A stretch of 64,000 nucleotides of DNA from Planctomycetota bacterium (lineage in GTDB: Bacteria > Planctomycetota > SZUA-567 > H5-PLA8): NCBI GenBank assembly GCA_038227875.1, contig JBBRPR010000028.1:40559-104558 (forward strand). The letters run 5' to 3'. This document shows positions 1-9,405 of the stretch, one piece after another. The first letter of the stretch is position 1. Each line of letters opens with the position of its first letter. Below the pieces are notes generated by a model. That model saw nothing but the letters and a program-made list of their open reading frames with translations, made no database searches and had not been told where the DNA came from. The position numbers and the translations under genes were made by a program.

Positions 1-406
1 TATGCGTCGGCGCCGGCGTGAGGTTGATGTTGACGAGCACCACGCCGGTGATCAGTAGCAGCACGCCGGCGATCGTGGCGATGCGGATTTTGCTCGACCC
101 CGCGCGCGGAGCGTTGCGGGCCCTGCGATGCGGACGCTCGTCTTCCGCTTCAGCTTCGACGGGCTCCGGCTCGGGCGGAGGCTGGACGGTATTTTTACCC
201 GTGGACTTGCGGCGCAAGCCTTTGCTCGACGGACGCACATTATCGGGTTGGACCAGCTTGGCCGCCTGCCGCGTGCGATCGGCCCGGTTTTCCTTCTTGA
301 GGCAGTCTTTGCAGTAAACAAGCGTGGTGGTGCTCAGACCCGTGACGTTGCCCAGGTCGGCCTTGGTGACGCGCGCGCCGCAGGATTGACAGAACCAGAT
401 CTGCAT
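1..406 (-). CDS. Partial (runs off left edge) zinc-ribbon plus transmembrane protein
   Basis: Manual translation from ATG at 406: MQIWFCQSCGARV…YCKDCLKK (two CxxC), a charged/Pro linker, then IATIAGVLLLITGVVLV (TM). Open to the window edge, so absent from the ORF track. Confidence 0.7.
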   Translation of the reverse strand, partial: MQIWFCQSCGARVTKADLGNVTGLSTTTLVYCKDCLKKENRADRTRQAAKLVQPDNVRPSSKGLRRKSTGKNTVQPPPEPEPVEAEAEDERPHRRARNAPRAGSSKIRIATIAGVLLLITGVVLVNINLTPAPTH

Positions 407-632
407 AGGTCCGGCTTTCGTCCAAGATTCCGTAACAAGTTTGCGCCGTTTTGTACACGAACACAAGTGCCGAGTGCCATACTGTCACAGCAGCCAGACT
501 CGATATTCCGGCTGGGACCTTAGTGACAGCTGTCGCTAAGGTGGCATTGCTTGACAAACTGGCATATGGCGCGAAGGTGGCAGCCCGCTTGACAGTCCTT
601 AGTGAATGTAATCGAGAGGAGACCTCCCGTCA

Positions 633-3200
633 ATGCACCTTGTGCGTTTAACCTGCTGTCTGGCACTAACCTTATGTATCACAACGTTTGCAGCGACAGA
701 TTTTAAAGTCGGACCGGACACCACGGTGGACAGTCTGGCCGTGTGCGCCGGGCAGACCAACTACCTCGTCAGTTGGCGCGACCTGCGCAATGGTCCGAGC
801 ACCCCGCGCATTACCGGCACGGTCGTCACCACCACCGGAACGCAGATTCCTGATTTTCCGATCTCCGATGTCGGCGGGCAGCCGGTCGCCGCGCCCGTTC
901 AGCGCGCGACGTCGGCGTTCGACAACGCCAACTATCTGGTGGTGTGGGCCGACAACCGTTCCGGCGGCGCGGGAATTCGCGGGGCGCTGGTCTCGCCGCA
1001 GGGTGTCGTGGCCGGCGGGCATGATTTTCTGATCGCGCCAGTCACCACGTTGAACAACAACAATCCGCAGGTCATCTTCGCCGCGGCCGATTATTGTGTC
1101 GCCTGGCAGGACACTCCGGCGGGAAGCTCCGGTGGCACCCAAATCTTCTACACGCGCATTTCGTTCGCCGGCGTGGTTCAGCCCGTGGTGGCACTGCCGC
1201 TGAATTCCGGCACCACGTCTTACAATCAGTCGCTGGAATTTCTCGTCCGCGGCCTCGATGCGGAAGTGCTGCTGGTCTACCAGGATCTCGCCGCCTCACC
1301 GGCCGCGTGCATGGGTGTGCGCATCGCTGCCGACAATACCATCGCCGCGACTGCGGGCGTCAGCCAGACGCTGCTGTTCAAGCGCGAGATTGCCGACAAC
1401 GGCTTCGGTGTGCCCGTCGCCGTGGGCTACGACGGCACGCAGTACATCGTGCTCAGTTCATTCGGCGCCCAGATTGATTCGACGATCTTCCAGACGCGTT
1501 TCCGCATCGACGGCACGGTGCTTCGCCCGGCCGGCAGTTTCGCCGAGATTGCGCAGGGCGCGACGGGTCTGGTCGAAGATGTGTTTCCGCGCGGGATTTA
1601 CAATCCGTCCGTCTCGAACGTGCAGATCACGCCGAGCATCGTCAACAACACCGCGACGAGCGAATGGCTGTTCCTGCGGAATATCAAAGCCAGCGACACC
1701 GCGTATCATATTTTCTTCGAACGCGTGCTCAACGACGGCACCAACCGCGACCTCAATCCGGTGATCCAGGACAGCGCGCAGCAGGGCATTTTGAACGGCG
1801 TCGTCGCCGCAGTGATTGGGACGCAGTACTTGATCGTCTGGCAGGACGGGCGCCGCCTGCCTTCGCAGCCCAGCGCCGGCGGCAACATCTACGGCGTGCT
1901 TTACGACGACACACAACTGGGCGACGTGACCAAGCCGTTTCTGAAAGCCATCGCGCGGGCTGGCCCGATCAGTGGTGTCGCGCCGCTGATCGTGCAGTTT
2001 GTCGGCGATTCCTCGAGCGGCGCGGTCGATTCGTTCGGCTGGGATTTTGGCGACGGGACGTCCGTCGCCACGCTGAGCCCCCAGCACACGTACACCGCCG
2101 ACGGCACGTACACGGCGGTGCTCTCGCTGCGGCGCTTCGGCTATCAGCTCCACGATTTCATTCGCATCGCCGTGGGCGGAACGCTGCTCGGCGGCGGCGG
2201 CGGTCCGGCGCAGTCGACAGCCGGAACGCTGGGAGCGAATAGCAGCGGCGTCAATCCGTATCTGCTGGTTTCGAACCTGGTGCTGGCGGCCGATTACAAG
2301 ACCGCCAACAGCGACCAGTTACGCTTCTTCGGCTATTTCGATCCCAGCAACCTGCCGATCTCGCTGAAGGGAACCAGCGGCGTGCTGAACATCGGAAGCA
2401 ACACCTACGCGTTCAGCATCGATTCGACTGGCAAGGTCGTGGTGCCCTCGACGGGTGCCAAGATTGTTTTCAACATCAACCTGACCTCCGGCGCGTTTGT
2501 CGTTTCCACCACCGCCGACAATCTGGCCCCGGTGCTCTCTGCGGTGGGCGCAAAAAACGAGACGGTGACCAAGCCGGGCAAGACGATCACGATTCCCGTC
2601 AGCTTCACGTTCGCGAATCTCAGCTACCAGGCCAACGTCACGGGCAATTACCTCGCGACGGCGGGCAAAAGTGGACGCTTCAATTATCAGTTCGCCGTGA
2701 AGGATCAAGGCGCGACGGACGCCGGGTTCATTCACATCAGCGGAGCGGCCGCGAAGGAAGGCGGAGCCTCACCCAACCGCACCGATTCATTTGGCGTCAC
2801 CGGTACCGTGGGCGTCGGCACGACGTACGGCGTGATCAAGGCCGCCAGCGGCAACTGGACCATTGCACTGGGCAATTACACGGAGTCGATCCCTGTCAAC
2901 CTGCTGACGACGACGAGCAAAGGAACGATCTACACCTACAAACCTCCGACGGGAAAGAAGACGGGCATCGTGGTCTTTCAGTACGACACCGCCAGCGGCC
3001 GCTTCGCGCTGCAGGTCAAAAATATCCCCGCCGAAGGCGACGCCGCGTGCGGTTTGCCGCTGACGACCGCGACCGCTAACCGAGCCGACATGGCGTTCTC
3101 GGTGACGTTCGCGTCGGCGACGGGCTCGGATTATCAGTCGAGCATCTACGTGCGACTGGCGCGCAAGAAGAGCGGGAGCAAGAGTTGGGTGCTGCGCTGA
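633..3200 (+). CDS. Secreted PKD-domain protein
   Basis: 855 aa with a signal peptide, repeated YLVxWxD beta-strand motifs and a PKD signature (SFGWDFGDGTS…HTYTADGTYTAVL). GAGG RBS upstream. Confidence 0.8.
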   Translation: MHLVRLTCCLALTLCITTFAATDFKVGPDTTVDSLAVCAGQTNYLVSWRDLRNGPSTPRITGTVVTTTGTQIPDFPISDVGGQPVAAPVQRATSAFDNANYLVVWADNRSGGAGIRGALVSPQGVVAGGHDFLIAPVTTLNNNNPQVIFAAADYCVAWQDTPAGSSGGTQIFYTRISFAGVVQPVVALPLNSGTTSYNQSLEFLVRGLDAEVLLVYQDLAASPAACMGVRIAADNTIAATAGVSQTLLFKREIADNGFGVPVAVGYDGTQYIVLSSFGAQIDSTIFQTRFRIDGTVLRPAGSFAEIAQGATGLVEDVFPRGIYNPSVSNVQITPSIVNNTATSEWLFLRNIKASDTAYHIFFERVLNDGTNRDLNPVIQDSAQQGILNGVVAAVIGTQYLIVWQDGRRLPSQPSAGGNIYGVLYDDTQLGDVTKPFLKAIARAGPISGVAPLIVQFVGDSSSGAVDSFGWDFGDGTSVATLSPQHTYTADGTYTAVLSLRRFGYQLHDFIRIAVGGTLLGGGGGPAQSTAGTLGANSSGVNPYLLVSNLVLAADYKTANSDQLRFFGYFDPSNLPISLKGTSGVLNIGSNTYAFSIDSTGKVVVPSTGAKIVFNINLTSGAFVVSTTADNLAPVLSAVGAKNETVTKPGKTITIPVSFTFANLSYQANVTGNYLATAGKSGRFNYQFAVKDQGATDAGFIHISGAAAKEGGASPNRTDSFGVTGTVGVGTTYGVIKAASGNWTIALGNYTESIPVNLLTTTSKGTIYTYKPPTGKKTGIVVFQYDTASGRFALQVKNIPAEGDAACGLPLTTATANRADMAFSVTFASATGSDYQSSIYVRLARKKSGSKSWVLR

Positions 3201-3201
3201 G

Positions 3202-3414
3202 TCAGCGTTTGGTGCTGAGCTTTTCTACCAGCTTTATGACCAGCACAATCCACAGCACTTGGAGTACGGCAAACGAGATCCACGCCAAAGGACCCCACGG
3301 GCAACCCGCACTCGTTTTATTATCGATCAGGCTACCGAAGACCGCCTGATTGACTAAGTAGGGAACCATCAGCCATTTGATGATGAACCACAACGCGCGC
3401 AGTCGAAAATACAT
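3202..3414 (-). CDS. Small hypothetical membrane protein in a low-GC patch
   Basis: 70 aa with two hydrophobic segments. GGAGG RBS upstream on the minus strand (cctcc at 3423-3427). Confidence 0.45.
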   Translation of the reverse strand: MYFRLRALWFIIKWLMVPYLVNQAVFGSLIDNKTSAGCPWGPLAWISFAVLQVLWIVLVIKLVEKLSTKR

Positions 3415-3588
3415 TTTTGATACCTCCGCTTATACTCGTCACGCAACATGAACGCGTAATCGAGCTGAAAGTGAAAATAGATCCTATAAAACATCTTAAC
3501 AGAAGTGTGAAAAGGCTATTTCAGTGCGAAGGGCTTTCAATACTTTTCCGAGGCAAAAAGTTACACATGTGACTGGCGGTGAATGCGT

Positions 3589-5187
3589 TTACAACTCTCG
3601 CTTCAACACCTTACCCGACGGATTGCGCGGCAGCTTCTCCATCAACTTGATCGTGCGCGGTTGTTTGAAACCGGCGACCCGGGTGCTCAGGAATACTTTT
3701 AACTCACGCTCGGTCAGCGTGAATCCCGGGCGCGCGACGACGGCTGCGTGGACGACTTCGCCCAGCGCGGCGTCGGGGCGACCGTAGACGGCGGCTTCCT
3801 GTACGCCAGCGTGTTCGCAGAGCGCGTTTTCGACTTCAATCGGGTAGACGTTTTCGCCGGCGACGATGATCATTTCCTTTTTGCGGCCGCGCAGGAAGAC
3901 GTAGCCTTCCGCGTCGATGAACGCCGTATCGCCCGTGTGAAACCAGCCATCGACGATCGCCTGAGCGGTCGCTTCCGAGCGTTTGAAGTAGCCCAAGAAG
4001 ACGCTCGGACCGCGGATGCACAGTTCGCCGATTTCCCCGGACGGCAGCGTCTTGTTCTTCTCATCCAAAATGCACAGTTCCAGTCCCGGCGGCGCGCGGC
4101 CGATCGATTCGCTGCGCGGAATCGCCTGGCTGTCTTCGAGCACCGTGGAGACCGACGTTGTCTCGGTCAGTCCGTAAAAATTATGGAGCTCTACGCCGGG
4201 GAACATCTCGCGCAGGCGCTGGATGGTCAGCGTCGACATCGGCGCGCCGGAGTAGCAGATCAAGCGCAGCGACGGCGCGGGACTTTCCTTCGCGCCGCCG
4301 GCCGGAAGCGCGTTAGCCAAGAGGTAAAACGTCGTCGGCACGCCGAAGAACGTCGTACATTTGAACGCGTTGATGGTGTGGAGTAGATCTTCCGGATCAA
4401 TGTTCGATGAGACGACGAGCACGCCACCCTGGCTCAGCGCCGTCGGCATGATCGTATTCAAGCCCGTGACGTGGAAGAGCGGCACGACCAGCAGGTGAAT
4501 ATCCGATTCCACCAGCCCGTGGCCGGCTTTTGTGGCCTCAATGTTGAAGAGCACGTTGCCGTGCGTGAGCATCGCGCCTTTGGGCTGGCCAGTGGTGCCG
4601 GAGGTATAGATGATCGCCGCGACGTCGCCGGGCGCTGTCAGCACGCCGGTGCTGGCGGAATCCAGTTCCGTCGGCAGCGGCGCGCGGTCGAGCAATTCCT
4701 GAAACGGAACCGTGCCCGGCGGCGGAGTATCAAATCCGACGGCGACGATCGGCTTGGTCCAGTTCAGCGCCGCGAGCGCCTCCTGCGCCGGTTTCCATGT
4801 GGCCGGGTGGACGAAGACGGCCTGCGCTTCGCAGTTGCCGAGGATGAATTTCAGTTCTTCAGCTTTCAGGCGCGCGTTGACCGGGACCGCGACGCGGCCG
4901 GCGCGCAGGATTCCGAAGTAGACCGGCAGCAGGTCGATGCAATTGGGCATCAGAATCGCAACGTTGGCGCGGCGTTCCGCCACGGAGAACGAATGGAATT
5001 CGCCTGAGATGTCCGCTCGCACCTTAAAGCGGTGAACCAGCGCGACCGCGACGCGCAACGCCGCCTGCTGCAGCCCGGCGAACGTGTATTCCGCATTCGA
5101 TTCTGCATCGACGGCAAAGCGCCGGTCCGGCCACTTTTCAGCGGCGGCGTTGAGCAGGACGGTCAGGTTTTTCGGCGTGGTTTGCAT
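3589..5187 (-). CDS. Long-chain fatty-acid--CoA ligase / AMP-binding enzyme
   Basis: YTSGTTGQPKG, YGLTET, GWFHTGD and LPRNPSGKVLK motifs. Start moved to MQTTPKNL because the longer ORF overlaps the next gene. Confidence 0.92.
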   Translation of the reverse strand: MQTTPKNLTVLLNAAAEKWPDRRFAVDAESNAEYTFAGLQQAALRVAVALVHRFKVRADISGEFHSFSVAERRANVAILMPNCIDLLPVYFGILRAGRVAVPVNARLKAEELKFILGNCEAQAVFVHPATWKPAQEALAALNWTKPIVAVGFDTPPPGTVPFQELLDRAPLPTELDSASTGVLTAPGDVAAIIYTSGTTGQPKGAMLTHGNVLFNIEATKAGHGLVESDIHLLVVPLFHVTGLNTIMPTALSQGGVLVVSSNIDPEDLLHTINAFKCTTFFGVPTTFYLLANALPAGGAKESPAPSLRLICYSGAPMSTLTIQRLREMFPGVELHNFYGLTETTSVSTVLEDSQAIPRSESIGRAPPGLELCILDEKNKTLPSGEIGELCIRGPSVFLGYFKRSEATAQAIVDGWFHTGDTAFIDAEGYVFLRGRKKEMIIVAGENVYPIEVENALCEHAGVQEAAVYGRPDAALGEVVHAAVVARPGFTLTERELKVFLSTRVAGFKQPRTIKLMEKLPRNPSGKVLKREL

Positions 5188-5196
5188 GGCTACAGC

Positions 5197-5218
5197 GTAC
5201 CGCAGGCTTCCAGCCTGC
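5197..5218. repeat. REP-like palindrome GTACC-GCAGGCT-TCC-AGCCTGC
   Basis: Perfect 7-bp stem in the divergent intergenic region. A related degenerate sequence lies at 63876-63896. Confidence 0.5.
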
Positions 5219-5323
5219 AAGTGCGTCTGCGTGAAAGCTTCTTGCGGTAAAAGACAATTCCTCTCAAACTCCCCTATCATTTCATTTTCATCGCCGAATT
5301 GTTCTTTGTGAGGAAGGATTTTC

Positions 5324-8221
5324 ATGAAGCAGAAACCGGTCTCGTTTGCCCAGGAAGCCGAACAGATCCTCGCGCTATCGATCGCGCACCGCGTCAGCAA
5401 GATCGGGGGCTACGGTCCCGCGGGCGAGGTGATATACGAAGGCCATCCCTTCGGCTGCCCTTCCACGCTGGTCACCAATCGGCGCAGCGCCAAGAGCACG
5501 TTCATGTCGAACGGTTCGCTGGGCTTTGAAGTCAAGTTGCCCAGCGGCATGGACATCCGCGTCCTGAGCGACAGTTTCGACGCGACCGAAAAACGCGAGA
5601 CCGGCGTGCCCTCGGCCAACGTCTGGCTCGACGTCTCAAGTGGAAAACTTCCCGTCATTACGTCGCTGATCAATCCGCGCTCCAATCTGAACTGCGAGCC
5701 TCAGGCGATCAAGATCGTCAAGCTCGGTGATCCCGGCCGCTCGATGTGGTACTGCGGCACGTTTGCGCCGGTCAAAGGCACTTCCTTCCAGACAGCCGTG
5801 AAGCTGTCGCTAGTGGACACGGCAAAAGGTCCGGCGCTGCTGCGCGAAGTCTTCGTCAAGAACACCGGCTCGCGTGTACTGAAGGGCAAACTCTGGGCCT
5901 TCTTCAATCTGCACGGCACGCAGCGCTTTGTGTACAACAAGGAAATCTGGTACGACTCCGGCCTGCCAGTTTCGCTGAATGAAATCGTGTCGGCGGCGAC
6001 CGTTCCGTACACCAATATCGTTCAGATCAAATACATCTCGAACGCCGCCACCGCCGGTCTCAAGGCCGTCGACGCGACCTGCGACTACTCGGCGTTTGTC
6101 GGCGACACCGCGGCGTTCGCCGCGCTGCCGCAGGCCGTTCGTGATGGCGCGCTGATCCCCGGCGCGGGCCAGCGTTTTAATCGTTTCACCATCGCCACGA
6201 TCTCCGCCAATCAGTTTGCGCTCTCGCTTGCGCCCGGCAAGAGTGCGCAGTTGACGCAGAGCCTCCTCTACATCACCGACGAAAAGTTGATGGAGTCCTT
6301 CCGTAAGAAGTCCGCCTGCCGCTACCCCGATTATACGCTCGTCGCGAAGGCGTTTGTCGACGCCGCCAAAGACGTGATCAAGAATTCGCCCGGCGCAGCG
6401 CGCATTTCCGCGGACACCCGCGCTGCCAAAAAGGAGCTGGAGCGCCCGGCCTTCGAGCTGACGCTGCCCAAGCAGCGCGTCGTCTCCGAGTACGCAAAGT
6501 CCGTCTGGACCGGGGTGCAGGAATTGTACGAGAACTGCCGCGCGCACGGCGCCAAGCTGGCCAACGGCATCGAACTCGGCACGCGCGATCGCGGTCAGGA
6601 CATGTGGCCAAAGATGAAGGAAGACGCTGGCCGCGTGCGCGCCGACCTGGTTCACGTCATGAGCCTGATGTGGGTGACCGTTGAGCCCGGCCACAAATGG
6701 AGCACGCCGCTGACCCGCGTCGAAAAACTGCATGGCATGTTCCCGCGTCAATACCCCAGCCGCTGGGACGATCGCACTCAGGAAGTGATGTGCGACAACC
6801 GCCCCTACTCCGACAGCCCGATCTGGCTGATCGATTCGTTGAACATGTACCTCCGCGAAACCGGGGACATCAGCATTCTCACTGAAAAAGTGAAGACCGT
6901 GCGCCTGACCAACCCCGATGCGCCGGAGCAGTCGGGCATCGTTGGCCACGATCGGGAACACACAGTCGCTGAAGTGATGCTGGAAATCTTCGAGTGCTTC
7001 CAGCGCCACATCGAAGATTCGCCTTACGGCATGACGCAGGTGATGTACGGCGACTGGTGCGATCCCATCGACATGTTCGGCACCTCAAAAATCGGCGACA
7101 GCACAACGCGCGGAAAGGGCAGGGGCTCGCACGTTCGTCTGAGCGCCCACATCTTCAACAGCATGATCGCCATGATCGATGCCTTTGAAGCCGGCAAGGT
7201 CAAGCAAGCGCTGAGTGGTCTGGCGCTCACGAAACGCATCGACAGCCTGAAGTCCGTCGCCAACCGTCTGCGGCAGAGCATTGTGCGCGTCGCATGGGAA
7301 GCCGGAACGCGCGGCGTCCCCGGCGCGTTCCTCAATGTCATTCACGAACTCCATCGCGACGGCACGCGGCCGGACTACGCGAAAGGCGAGATCGGCTACA
7401 CGATCGGCTCGATGCGCGGACGCGATTTTGACGGCATCAATCGTCGCGAACTGCTGACGCAGGCGCATTGTCTGCCGATGCTGCGCACGGTCCGCGCGTA
7501 CCTCGAGCCGATTCCCGACGCCGACGCGTTGATCAAGGACATCTTCGCGACCACGGACAAGGTACTTTACGACGACAAGCTGGGCCTGAAGTTGTTCGAG
7601 CCGCCGATCGCCAACAGCCAGCATTCGCGCGACTTGGTCGGCCGCATGGGAATTCTGCCCGCCGGTTGTGCCGAGAACGGCGAATACCACCACGCTCAGG
7701 TGATGATGCACCGCTTCCGCATGCAGGTGCCCGGCGAAGCCGACACCGCGTGGCGGCAGTTCACCCGCATCGTTTCGGCGATGCGCGACGAATCGATCGC
7801 CGGCCCGTTCGAAATGCCGTGCACGTCCTACGCCTCAGACTCCGCCGATCCGCATTTCGGCAAGGGCATGTACTTTGGTCTCTCCGGCTCGACGGACTGG
7901 ATTGTCGAAGTGCTTCAGGAAATCGCCGGCCTGCAGCTCAACCTGCACGACGATGCGCAGCCGGCCGTGAAGATCACGCCGCATCTGCCAAAGGATGTGG
8001 AAGAGACGCTGACGTTCCGGCGCCCGATCCACGTGGCTGAAGCTGGCGGCGTTTTCCGGAGCATCGTGCTGACCGTCGAAATCAACCGCGAAGGCAGCGG
8101 CGCGAAGCTGCTTGAGACGCGGATCCGGATCAACGGTAAACGCGCCGAAGCCGCGGAGATCGGCAGCCTGGAGGGCGTGAAGAAGCTCGACGTGGCCATC
8201 ACGTATGTGCGGGGGAAATAA
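5324..8221 (+). CDS. GH94-like glycoside phosphorylase (cellobiose/chitobiose phosphorylase superfamily)
   Basis: GTRDRGQD, GDWCD (catalytic Asp) and ENGEYHHA resemble the GH94 motifs GxRDxxQD, DWND and ENG…H. GLSGSTDW near the C-terminus. Confidence 0.75.
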   Translation: MKQKPVSFAQEAEQILALSIAHRVSKIGGYGPAGEVIYEGHPFGCPSTLVTNRRSAKSTFMSNGSLGFEVKLPSGMDIRVLSDSFDATEKRETGVPSANVWLDVSSGKLPVITSLINPRSNLNCEPQAIKIVKLGDPGRSMWYCGTFAPVKGTSFQTAVKLSLVDTAKGPALLREVFVKNTGSRVLKGKLWAFFNLHGTQRFVYNKEIWYDSGLPVSLNEIVSAATVPYTNIVQIKYISNAATAGLKAVDATCDYSAFVGDTAAFAALPQAVRDGALIPGAGQRFNRFTIATISANQFALSLAPGKSAQLTQSLLYITDEKLMESFRKKSACRYPDYTLVAKAFVDAAKDVIKNSPGAARISADTRAAKKELERPAFELTLPKQRVVSEYAKSVWTGVQELYENCRAHGAKLANGIELGTRDRGQDMWPKMKEDAGRVRADLVHVMSLMWVTVEPGHKWSTPLTRVEKLHGMFPRQYPSRWDDRTQEVMCDNRPYSDSPIWLIDSLNMYLRETGDISILTEKVKTVRLTNPDAPEQSGIVGHDREHTVAEVMLEIFECFQRHIEDSPYGMTQVMYGDWCDPIDMFGTSKIGDSTTRGKGRGSHVRLSAHIFNSMIAMIDAFEAGKVKQALSGLALTKRIDSLKSVANRLRQSIVRVAWEAGTRGVPGAFLNVIHELHRDGTRPDYAKGEIGYTIGSMRGRDFDGINRRELLTQAHCLPMLRTVRAYLEPIPDADALIKDIFATTDKVLYDDKLGLKLFEPPIANSQHSRDLVGRMGILPAGCAENGEYHHAQVMMHRFRMQVPGEADTAWRQFTRIVSAMRDESIAGPFEMPCTSYASDSADPHFGKGMYFGLSGSTDWIVEVLQEIAGLQLNLHDDAQPAVKITPHLPKDVEETLTFRRPIHVAEAGGVFRSIVLTVEINREGSGAKLLETRIRINGKRAEAAEIGSLEGVKKLDVAITYVRGK

Positions 8222-8229
8222 TCCACGCC

Positions 8230-8604
8230 ATGTCTGATACCATTTACGCGCGGCCGGTATTTCGCGTTCGGGACGTTGCGGCCAGCATTGCGTACTACGA
8301 GTCGAAGTTGGGCTTTGCCAAAGCGTGGGTTCATGGCGATCCGACACTGATCATCGCTCAAGTCGGACGCGATGGCTGCGATATTATTTTGGATTCCAGC
8401 AGCGTGCTCCCCAAGCCCGGCACGACTTCGGCGTTGAGCCTTTCGGTAAACAACCTCGGCACGTTATATCGCGAACTTAAAGATCGCCGAGCAACCATTG
8501 CCGCGCCGCCGTTTTCGACGGTGTGGCAGCGCAACGTGTATCAGTTCGATGTCATCGACTTGGATGGAAATGTGTTGATGTTCTGGGGGGACAAGAACGA
8601 ATAG
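8230..8604 (+). CDS. VOC/glyoxalase family protein
   Basis: 124 aa with VRDVAASIAYYESKLGF and FDVIDLDGNVLMF. Confidence 0.85.
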   Translation: MSDTIYARPVFRVRDVAASIAYYESKLGFAKAWVHGDPTLIIAQVGRDGCDIILDSSSVLPKPGTTSALSLSVNNLGTLYRELKDRRATIAAPPFSTVWQRNVYQFDVIDLDGNVLMFWGDKNE

Positions 8605-8765
8605 AAACGGTCAGGTTCTCGCCTCGGTCTCATCCCGGTTGGAAATCAGGATTCGCTCGGCTACTCCCATCTTATAAGCGGAGAGGGCATAAATTTTTCC
8701 ATTTTTTCCGCGTGATCGCGCCAATTCCTACGCAATAGTGGCAGACTCAAGAGGTGTGAGGGGCG

Positions 8766-9377
8766 ATGGAACAACTGGATACGACAGACTTTAAGACATT
8801 GCGGGCCGAGCTCGAAGCCGGGGTCAAAAACGGCGACGATACGGTCCTGCAGCGTTTTTATAATGAGTACTTCGACTTCGTGTACCGCTACGTGCTCTGC
8901 CGCGTGGAATACAACCACGCCGACGCGGAAGAGCTGGTCGAAGAGATCTTCTTTCAGACCTTCCGCGACATCAAGCAATACGATGGCGCCCAACCGCCGT
9001 GCCGCTGGATGCTCGGCATCGCGCGCAACCGCATTGTCGACCGCTACCGCCGCAAAGGCCGCAAGCCGGTCGTCGAGCTGCTCTTCAGCCAGTTCGACGA
9101 ACAGTTCGCGCGGCGGCTGTTCAATCTGGAAGCGCAGGAACTTCCCGATACGGAGATGGAACGCTCCGAGCTGGCGGTGATCGTCGAACTGATCCTTTCC
9201 CAACTGCCCAAAGATTACGAACGCGTGTTGCGCCTGCGTTATTTGGAAGACAAGCCGGTGAAGGAACTCGCCGCCGACTTGAACACCACACCGAAGGCCG
9301 CCGAAGCGCTGCTCTTCCGCGCGCGCAACACCTTCCGCGATGCCTTCCGCATCGCCGAGAAAAACCTCGCTTTCTAA
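8766..9377 (+). CDS. ECF RNA polymerase sigma factor
   Basis: Region 2 (DAEELVEEIF…WMLGIARNRIVDRYRR) and region 4 (LPKDYERVLRLRY…LFRAR). Confidence 0.92.
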   Translation: MEQLDTTDFKTLRAELEAGVKNGDDTVLQRFYNEYFDFVYRYVLCRVEYNHADAEELVEEIFFQTFRDIKQYDGAQPPCRWMLGIARNRIVDRYRRKGRKPVVELLFSQFDEQFARRLFNLEAQELPDTEMERSELAVIVELILSQLPKDYERVLRLRYLEDKPVKELAADLNTTPKAAEALLFRARNTFRDAFRIAEKNLAF

Positions 9378-9405
9378 AATTTGAATTCACGACTGGAGCT
9401 CGACC

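Noticed and set aside
5188..5400. N-terminal extension of the acyl-CoA ligase ORF
   Set aside because: It runs through a REP palindrome and overlaps the divergent GH94 gene.
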